Shown piece after piece: positions 54,701-64,000 of a DNA stretch of 64,000 bases. The stretch is from Rotaria socialis (Eukaryota): positions 310,001-374,000 of the forward strand of contig CAJNYD010000015.1 of assembly GCA_905331295.1 (NCBI GenBank), given 5' to 3'. The position numbers were made by a program, and so were the translations under genes. Each line of letters opens with the position of its first letter. Position 1 is the stretch's first letter. The notes beneath the pieces were generated by a model. It did not search any database. It was given only the letters and a program-made list of their open reading frames with translations, and had not been told where the DNA came from.

Positions 54701-56446
54701 AAGCCGTCACATTTATCTCATACGGATGCAGTCTCACTTCCCATTGTATTTGCAACAGTTTATGCTGGATTGATTGTTAAAGCTCAACTAAAACGAGGCG
54801 AAACCGTACTCATTCATTCAGCTGCTGGGGGTATTGGCCAGGCTGCCATTCAATTATCTCAATATATTGGTGCTAATGTTATTTGTACAGTTGGCTCCAA
54901 TGAAAAACGTGAATTTTTAAAGAAAACTTATGGATGTACTCAATTTGCAAATTCTCATTCAACCGAAGAATGGAAATCGGATGTTCAAAAACTAACTAAC
55001 GGCCAAGGAGCTGACGTCGTTTTAAATTCGTTGAAAGGTGACGCAATCAAAGCTGGTTTAGAATGCCTGAAAACTGGCGGTCGTTTTATTGAAATTGGTA
55101 AGGTTGATATGTTGAATCATTCTATATTAGATATGAATTTATTATTGCGTGATTTGAGTTTCCTGAGTGTTCAACTTGACATTTTAATGCAGAGTCAAAC
55201 AGATAAAATTCAGCAATACTTACAAGCTGTTATGAAGTTAGCGTCGGAAAAACAAATTTCACCAATAGTTGATTGTATTTATGAATTAAAAGATACAGAA
55301 TTGGCGTTTCGTTTTTTGATGTCTGGTCAACATAAGGGAAAATTAATTTTAAACATGCAAAGTAAACCGTCAAGCATTCATCCTTCGTCAACTATCTACA
55401 ATCCAACAGTTTGTTACATTCTAAGTGGTGGTACAGGAGCATTGGGTCTTCAATTGATACAGCATATGAGCGCAAAAGGCGCTAGAAAGTTTATCTTGTT
55501 ATCTCGTCAAGGTACAGCTAGTCTAAGACCGTCTGACGCTGCGATGCTAGCTCGTCTTGAACGGTTCGATATTAAAATTTACATTGGCAAAGCTAATGTA
55601 GCCAAACTAGAAGATATTCATCGTGTCTTACAGGAAGCTCAAGAAAAATTGTTTATTTCATCATCTAAATACAGTATTCTTCATTTGGCGATGATTCTTG
55701 ATGATGCATCCATTTCAAAATTGAATATTCATCGTATACAAAATGTAATACAATGTAAAGTACAAGGTGCAATTAATTTACTTCAAGCGATTCCTAATGA
55801 TAAACTTGAAAATGTAATATTCTTTTCCAGTGCTGCTTCAACGTTTGGTAATCCATCGCAAGCAAATTATAGTGCTGCAAATACATTTCTTGATGTCTAT
55901 GCTGGCCAACTTTCAAGTCTATTAAGAAAAAAAATAAGAGTTCTAAATTTGGGTCTTGTTGAAGATGTTGGTATTCTGGCTGAAGATTGGAAATTAAAAC
56001 AAATTCTAACCGCAAAAGGTTTTGCTGGTGGTTTAACATCGTTGGGTGTTGCAGAACTTGTTGATCATGTATTTTTAAATGATGATATTGATCATCAATT
56101 GTTATATGGTAATTTTCAAATGGAAGATTTAATCCGTTCATATCCAATGTTAAAAACTCGGCTAGAACATTTAATTGATTATACAATATTAAATAACAAC
56201 GGTAGTTCAGGTATTTCATCTAATGGTAATGAAGTAACTGTTCAATCAGTGAGCGCCTATATTTCAACATTATTAGCAACATCAAATCTCGATGCAACTG
56301 AATCATTGACTGTACAAGGTTTAGATTCACTTTTGGCTGTTGAATTAAGTGCTGGTTTAAAGAAACAATTTGGACTAGTTATCAGCCAATTGGCACTGTT
56401 AGGTGGACTGTCTGTTAAACAAATTGTAGAATCAGCTTCTGCGTAA
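48798..56446 (+). CDS. Highly reducing iterative type I polyketide synthase, KS-AT-DH-cMT-ER-KR-ACP, 2414 aa. Exons 48798-49857, 49931-50530, 50651-51382, 51510-54227, 54312-56446
   Basis: KS: DTACSSS, EAHATGT, KSNVGHLE. AT: GQGPQH, GHSFGE, SAFHT. DH: HRVQGPAVFP and HPAILD. MT: ILELGAGTG. ER: LIHSAAGGIG. KR: GGTGALG, ILDD, QANYSAAN. ACP: GLDSL. Four GT-AG introns give a 7245-nt open frame. AATAAA at about 56516. Confidence 0.95.
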
Positions 56447-57186
56447 AAAAAAACATATCTTTGGTACTTGCTTGCTTGATATTTTTAATATATTATTCTT
56501 TATATTGTATTCAAAAATAAAATCTGCGGGGCGGGAATGAACTCTAAGAAAGACTTGTATTCTCGGAAACTCTACAAAAAGCAATTATATAGGCTATTGT
56601 ATACTGATCCAAAAAAACACATTAAAGTCATCTGAGCTCATCAAAGCCTCAAAAGTTGCGTACGCCATGAACAGGCTTGAACCAATTAAACAAATTTTTG
56701 AATCTTGAAAATCGTTCTAGAATTCTATTAGAAGAGCTATACATAATGCCTTATTTCCATAATGAATCCTTTCTTGGAGTCCTTAGTACTTTATGGAATA
56801 TCGTTCATCCTTCATACCTATCTATAACTGTTCTCTGTCATCGTGAAGAGACATATAGAACAATGAGAAAAGTATTTTCTAATTACCGAGAAGAACTTTT
56901 GATGGTTAATGCCTTTTATGAGGATGGTGCGAGAAGAAATAAGAGATCTCATCTTAAAACTTACACTCACTATTTTCTTCCAAAACATAGATGAGTTCAG
57001 TAAAACTTTACACATTCAGCAGCCATAATAAGAGGGAGTAACAATAAACCTGAAAAAAGAATAATCTACGCGAAAAAAACCTCCGACACTACTGAAAAAC
57101 ATGTACATAAATCAATCGAAGTGGTTTGCTATGGTATTATGATTATTTATAATATTCGAATCATCCTTGAACAATCTTAACATTGA

Positions 57187-57233
57187 AGCCATCTGATGAT
57201 TCCTTCAGTCAGGATGAAATCTTGATAATGGTT
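57187..57233 (+). ncRNA. Type I hammerhead ribozyme candidate
   Basis: Helix I AGCCAT/ATGGTT, core CTGATGA (57193-57199), helix II TCCT-tcagtc-AGGA closed by U-U, GAAA (57216-57219), short helix III ATC-tt-GAT, cleavage triplet AUA (after 57227). Confidence 0.6.
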
Positions 57234-58329
57234 GCTAGATAAACGCATCCTCTGTTTACGATATCTACTGCAAAAGATATGATTTCTCTAGTTACTTTTC
57301 CTATGAAATTTGTAGATTAAGTAGCATATCTATGATCTTCAGATCATTTCAATAGTTTTAAAAAATCAAAAATTTCCGATGAGATCCTTAAGGAAGTCGA
57401 AACGCACCGTGGGATACTTTCAATGACTAATATCTTTCTTGATATAGTTCTATATTGACTTTATTTTCGATTGAATTCAATATTTGATCGTTCGGGAAAT
57501 ATTACAGAGTTCAAATCAGCTGATGATTATCTTTTCTGGAACATGAAATCTGAGCTTTAAACTTTGGAGACTCAACTTTGTTTCTAAATCTAAATTAAGA
57601 AAGAGATCTTAATGAATCAGTCAGCCATTGTAGGCCAGAGAAAATTCTCTGCGTTTGATTTGAATTTTCCCTCCAAAACTTAAATTGAATTAAAGACATG
57701 TCAGTAATCTAATGATGGCTATCTAGGGAATCGTCGAAATTGGTTATGGTAGTTTCTACCAACCCTACCCTCTACATTGACTTGTTCTCATAGCTACTTA
57801 AGAATAACTTGTAATCGAGTCTGAATGTCGTTGTTATTCATCGCTTTAGTAAAATCCACTCTGAAACTCGGTTATATTTTATTTCAAACATATACTCGCC
57901 GTCTTTTAAAGTCAAAATACTGTTTAAGAATGTCTAAGTTCAACTTGGCTTCTTTAACAAAAGCAGACATTTATCATTGTACTCTTGATTACTTCGACAG
58001 TCTTGTTCCCACCGCTTGATTGTGACTTGATCGAGACGGCATTCATTTTGTCCATGTCTGTATTTATTTTGCTCATCGGAGCTATGCTTGCCTTTCTTGC
58101 ATCCAGTTTGACTAGACCCTGTTGTTACCGCCGCGTCGCAACATATTAATTTGAATTTATTCTTTCATCGCTCAAATTCTTCACGTCTCTCAGGATAATT
58201 GATCGTATCGCATTCAAGTTTAATTATTACGAACGTCACTTCATGTTGTGTATGAATAGTCAGATCAGGTGCTGTGTTATCATATATGAATCCATCATGA
58301 TGAATACAGTTTCATATAAAAGTAGAGCC

Positions 58330-59100
58330 CTGATTAATTAGAATAAAGAATTTTTTTATTACCCATTTTATTATCATTCTCGATGTAAAGATCTCTACAC
58401 TTAACAGATTTGAGCAGATCTTCCGCTTTTCTTCGTTGCAGCTCCATTTCTTCTTCTTGTTGTTGGGTTCGCGCAAATTGAACATCAGACAAAAATTGTC
58501 ACAAGAGAAAAGACTCTGTAATAGCAGCAACTGCCCATTTTTCTATCTTCGGTTGCGATCCACTGCCTTGTACGCGTTGTTGATTTTCAACGAGCACTTC
58601 CAGAAATCTTGCGCGAACATATGTATCAATACTTTGGTTAACGACGAACGAACTCATGGATTGGTCCATAGAAGAATCCGATTCAGATTTGTTGATTCCA
58701 ACAAGTGAATCGAGATCATAGATGATCATGAAACAACTATATGCGAAACATTCGTCATAGCGTTCTATAAGTGTTTCGAACACTTTTTTTCTCGTCATTA
58801 TGCGTCTTTTGATGCTAACAGATTCAGGGCAACTAATTGAAGGAATTGTACATTTCTACCTTTTCCATACATACTCAATCGTTCGAGCAAATTCTGTACA
58901 TTTTTTACAGTGTTGTGTACATGTGTTGTATCAGATGATCTTTCTGATTTTTCGATTCGTCGATCAAATTCCGCAGTAGTAGACGAGGTAGAGTTTCACT
59001 ACCGATAAAGATTTGATACTGTTTTGCCATGCGATCAGTGATTTTTAATACTTCTTCATAAGATACCTGAAAAGTCTGTTGCGTTCATTGTGCAGCTATA
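58330..59100 (-). pseudogene. Decayed coding fragment, possibly an AAA+/NSF-like ATPase C-terminal region
   Basis: Protein-like frames LLERLSMYGKGRNVQFLQLVALNLLASK and KKVFETLIERYDEC..MIIYDLDSLVG (Walker-B-like) are broken by stops and frameshifts. Boundaries approximate. Confidence 0.4.
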
Positions 59101-60591
59101 CAGCGAACAGTTACGACTCGAGTTGACGTTGTGAAACAGATAAAAAATGATTTCGAGGAGAATATAAAAGCGATATATAAATGCTCAAATGTTTTAAATT
59201 CGCATGGACTGAGCTTACTCGCATGCCGCACCACTGAAATTCGTCGAGGTAACTACTCGCTGATTGATGATATTTTGCTGGAGAGCCCATATTGAGGGTG
59301 TGGGTACGCGGGTGAGTCTGCATCATCTCTTCATCCGCAGCGACCTCTACGCCCACGCCCACTCTGTATGCAAATACTTTTTTTATGTGTGCTGCTTTTG
59401 GCCCGCAGATAAGAAGCAGTTGTCTGCTCTTTTTATAAGCTATAAAACAGAAAGTAGCATCTTCATTTCTCAAATTTGCATTAGGAACGCTTATGGTTCA
59501 ATGGAAATTATTCAATAAAATTTAAAAAAATTAGTAAAACAATACGTGAAAAGTTATGGCTCTGTGAGTATATTACAAAAAATCCATCAGACTTCCTCAA
59601 GAAATGTATGCTGAGTACTCACAAAATATTCGATTATGCAAGATGAGTGCTGGATAATCGTACGCAGATACTCATATTTTAGTCGAATTATTACGAATGA
59701 GTACTCTCTTCATCATTACCTTTACTAGAGAAGATTTAACCTAATCTCGGCTAAATCAGTCGTGATATTTCAAGACTTTTCTGACTTTTCATTGCGAAGC
59801 AGTATAAAAATCCTCCGATTTCGTAGCCCGTGGTTGAAGAAATTGAATTGTGGGATTTCTAGCTGGAAGTTTGCACAAAGATATGTCCGGTAACCCGTAT
59901 AATCTTGTGAAAATCAATGCTATATGCCATGATTCGCGCTCGAGATATCATATTTTCAAGCGATATCATTCCGTTGCGCGAACTCTATGTCTAATGAATG
60001 GGCAACTTTTCAAAATATTTTGATTTTTAACTGCATTTCTATTCTGGAGTTTATTATTTTCAATGGTTAAAGTTACACTCTACTAACATTTTTTTTACCG
60101 AAAACCATTTAAAAAATACCTAATACTAATCTTCTTGGAAATGGATAACAGATTCTGCTGATAGGCTACAGAAGATTGTTCTGTTGTTTTCACGTTGATA
60201 TTCTTGCATTACGTGTATAACAGGAATGAGAGTATGTCTGAATGGCATCATAAAAAATATCGGTGGCTCAGCTTGATATAATCGAAGTGGCAAGTGTATA
60301 TCGATTCAGGTTCGCTAAGATTTGTCTGATTTACCGTAGAACAATTGCGTAGCTGTTCACAAGTTCACAAGTATCGAACTTAGTGATTAAGTGAAAATAC
60401 TTAGAAACTGTCTGCGTCAGTTTTTCTTCTGTATAATATGATAAGAAAAAAGTAAAATATTGAACATAAAAATAAATTTGGTTAGTTTTGAATGAGTGAA
60501 TAAGAAAATACGTTTCACTGTTAGAAACGCTCAGAAATCTTCTGGAAAACGATTATTGTCCTGCTGTTTCTAGTTCTATGATAGTACTAGT

Positions 60592-61221
60592 TTAATCACG
60601 TGAATGGCTACGATGTCGCTCATGTTCGTGATGGTGTCCATGTTCATTATGATGTCCATGCTCTTGATGATGACCATGATGATGCCCACGGTCATGTCCA
60701 CGGTGATTTTCGTGATCATATCCGTGCCCTTCTGGGTACTGTTGATATTCTGAGTGATGTCCATGATTTTCGTAATGCCCATGTCCACCACCTTCGAAAT
60801 GGGGAGGAGAGTAACCTTGATGAGCCTGTTCGCCCCACGGTTGTTGCATCATCCCATGTGGAGCATAGTTTTCATGAGGCGGCGACTGCGCATGAGGGAC
60901 ATAAGGAGATGGGTCTGCTTGATAGTTGTTGTATTGTGGCTGTCCATAACCTTGTTGATAAGGGTTGTGTGGTGGAGGTTGTTGATATGGAGAACCGCCT
61001 TGATAGGAACTATAAGGTGGGGGTGGCCCTTCACAAGAAATACGACCATAGTACTGTTTTTATTGATGCAAATTAAAATCAGTCCTACCTTGTGCTGGCC
61101 ACTGATTTACAAGTTGTTGCTGAGGATGGGACCCATGTGGAGAAGAATGTTGCGCATTCTGATCATGATGTTGACCACCACTACCTTCACCTTTATGCAA
61201 TAGATTTTTTAAAAATGACAT
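60592..61221 (-). CDS. Intrinsically disordered Pro/Gln/Tyr- and His/Gly-rich protein, 189 aa. Exons 61221-61089 and 61028-60592
   Basis: A 60-nt GT-AG intron joins MSFLKNLLHKGEGSGGQHHD.. to GPPPPYSSYQGGSPYQQ..HGHHNEHGHHHEHERHRSHSRD*. The 570-nt CDS is in frame. Confidence 0.75.
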
Positions 61222-64000
61222 CTAAAAGGAGAGTACATTAACCAATCCGTGCACATAGAAAGCCAGTCAGTTTTCTGCTGTGAACTCATGCTTCTATTGA
61301 GGAACAATAAAATCAGTTTCTATACAGGTAGATAGGGCGAAAGAGAGAGTATTGGAATTGAATCAAACTCTTACACTTTATTTCGCAATATTTATAAATA
61401 TTATCTTTAGTTTTCTATCGTTTTATTAGATACTTGCGACTGTAGAACAATTAAAATGCTTTTATCTAGTTTCTAGTAATAATAAATTGAAGTCGATCGT
61501 TCGCTTGTTTGCATAATCGATAGGTATCAACTGGAAAAAGACTTAGTAAAATGATCCTCATAAAGTCGAAAGTGTCATATTCTTATTAATGATGGCAAAG
61601 GGCGAAAGACTAAAGCATGCCTCACTTGAAAAATAATACTTCTTCAATTTCCGTTTTGTTTTACTATTTTGGTGACAAAACAGCAAGTGTTCAATAATTG
61701 AAAAATTTCTGAAGAACAACAATTCACTTAGTCTTCGTTACAGTTGAAACATCGATACAAGTAAGGAGAAAATTGATTAATCTTCTCGTGCCCTTTTACT
61801 CACTGGATACTTTGTCACCTCAAGCAAAATTCAGATACATCCAGAGAGAAAACTTGAGATGATATGAAAAATAGCAGAAATCCTACGGTGAAAAAGAAGT
61901 GACTCAAGAACACGGTGAATTTTGTGAGGAATGGAGTTTAGTAAAATATTACTTTTCGCCGCGCACCTACTATGTATGAATACTAATGTTGACAGTATCA
62001 TGGGCCAAATGTATAACGAAACCTTGTAGGATCTCTGAACAAACAATCTAAGTGATAAAAAAAGCATTGAATTTTAACTCATATGTCAACCATTTATCTT
62101 TTCCTGTTGAAAAATTTGACTTCTATCCGAATTCGCGGCGAGAAAATCCAATTGGCGCTCAAATGAAATAACTCGGGCGAATAGAAAACGAAGCCAGACT
62201 GTCATGATCCGTACGTACATGGCCGAATTTTATGAATTTGAGATGAAAACACTCACGAACATGATAGCTTGACACAAGTGTCAACTATTGAGATTTATAT
62301 CGAGATATTTTTACAAAGGGTAACAGTGTGAGGCAGTTTTTTCAGAAAATTTCTTGTAATTCTATAGGAAATCACACTAGGCTCTAGATAACGAACAGAG
62401 CCACTCTATTCAGGATGAAATGAATGATATACATGCAAAGTTTTCGAAGTTTTGTGCATCCGGTAAGTGTGGAATCTCGTAATCGATAAAATCGAGATCA
62501 TTTTATAATATTTTAATGGATCAATAGGTTGCTTATACTTGAATAGATTGTTTTCGAATAATTCTAAATACGATGACACCCTTAATCGTCTAGAGACATG
62601 TGCGATTTCATCCGAAATCTGAACGAATCAAGTAATAAACATTGCCTCATGCTCCTTTAGCTTTTCTTAAAATATCGTTGGATCCATAACAGTTTACCAG
62701 TGTGAAAAATTGTCAGATTTTTTCAGAGTCTGATTCATCATTTAACAGTATTTGAACATGCACTCCAAGACCATGACAATCTGATATTACCCGTTACTAG
62801 AATAGTCTTTTGTAAATTTTTTTGTTGGCTCTTTCTTAACTCGGATTAGCATAGAACTTGAAATTCTCAGTAAATGAAATGCTATCAATCAGGATTAGCA
62901 TGTAATTAGCTCAGATCCTAAATCTAATGAAGTCAAGCTACGGATTCTACAAGCGAATGAATCGACCTGTTTCTATTTTACAGATAATACAACCCTGATC
63001 GTTATTAACATACTTAAATTAATATTTTTCGCGATAGAGCGCAAGGAAACAAATTTTCGAACAGCTACTTTACTTTAGTTACTCTGAGAAGCATTAAAAC
63101 ATATCACCGCATTTTTGGCTAAAATCTGCTGAAAATATTCGGATCTGGCATGAATTGATCCGCGAATAATGTTGATTACCAGTATTTCTTATTTTTTAAG
63201 TTACAAGTTTTGTGAAGGTGGGGAAAAAAAGCGTTTCCCTTTCATACCGACAGAGCGAATGAATCATAAGTTAGTTCTTTCCATCAGTCTTCTGTTAATC
63301 ACATTATTTCTATGCAACATCGCAGTATAGATTTGATGACGATGATTCATTACATTGTTTTGTTTTTTAATTTTTATGAGCTTCAGTCAATGTCTTTATC
63401 CACTTTCTTCCAGTAGGTCAATGTTTTCAATGCTAGAAAAAGTTAAATCGGGCAAATTTACGAAATTTTTATTGCGAATTTCAATCGGGCCATTTCATTT
63501 TCATTTCATTCAAAATAAAAAATTTATACCTTCAGGATACAAAAGCCTGACAAAAGAGAGGGAGTGTTGTTTAAATGTTGTCGAACGACCGAAATTTCCC
63601 ATTGAGAAAAAAATGGAATTCTAAGAATGTTAGAACGCTGAGACGTGAAGTCTATGGTTCGCGTATACAAACGTCAGGAAGATAAAAATATAACCAAGTA
63701 AAAACACTTATTTCGTTAGCAATTCGAACAATAGCGGATGTTATAAAGTATGCATATGTACATTCTAAGATGGTAGGTTGACTGCTCAGTCTAACGAAAA
63801 GATCGTTGCGTGAGTACTGAGTGCGTTTCTTTAAAATAGGTGTTTACTAACGAAAACGCATTTTTTGCTTACCTTTGAGTATAGTCAACAATACTATCGA
63901 TCAATGACGATGAAATGATTGCTTTTTATTTTCTATTTCATGTTCTGTCGTTTGAAGAACAGCTAGTAAATTAATTCAAGAGTGCACACCGAGCGAGAGA

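Noticed and set aside
48979..56219. Alternative-frame and antisense ORFs within the PKS
   Set aside because: No motifs; expected shadows of a long coding sequence.
60600..61203. Plus-strand ORFs of 158 and 149 aa
   Set aside because: Antisense shadows of the low-complexity His-rich gene on the minus strand.
61500..64000. Possible TE remnants and short ORFs at the window end
   Set aside because: No TIR pair, TSD or protein motif could be established.

Overview
AT-rich eukaryotic (metazoan) genomic DNA with short GT-AG introns. The gene mix, intron sizes and repeat types suggest a bdelloid rotifer; this is an inference. Host-type genes: the 5' part of an ODF2/cenexin homolog, a 3-exon class A neuropeptide-type GPCR, a 7-exon mitochondrial ClpP, a 6-exon tandem-ZZ zinc-finger protein kinase, a His/Pro/Gln-rich disordered protein and a few orphan ORFs or pseudogenes. 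The standout is an intact 5-exon, 2414-aa highly reducing type I polyketide synthase (KS-AT-DH-cMT-ER-KR-ACP, no thioesterase) at 48798-56446. It looks fungal/protist-like rather than animal FAS-like and is a probable intronised horizontal acquisition. About 750 bp downstream on the same strand is a well-formed type I hammerhead ribozyme candidate (57187-57233). Intergenic DNA, especially 4-22.5 kb, is dense with nested non-autonomous DNA transposons whose TIRs and TSDs can be read directly (hAT-, CMC/EnSpm-, Mutator-, Merlin- and Sola-like). There is also a dead DD41D Tc1/mariner element and a decayed Penelope-like retroelement next to an assembly gap. All gene models were spliced by hand; no database searches were run.
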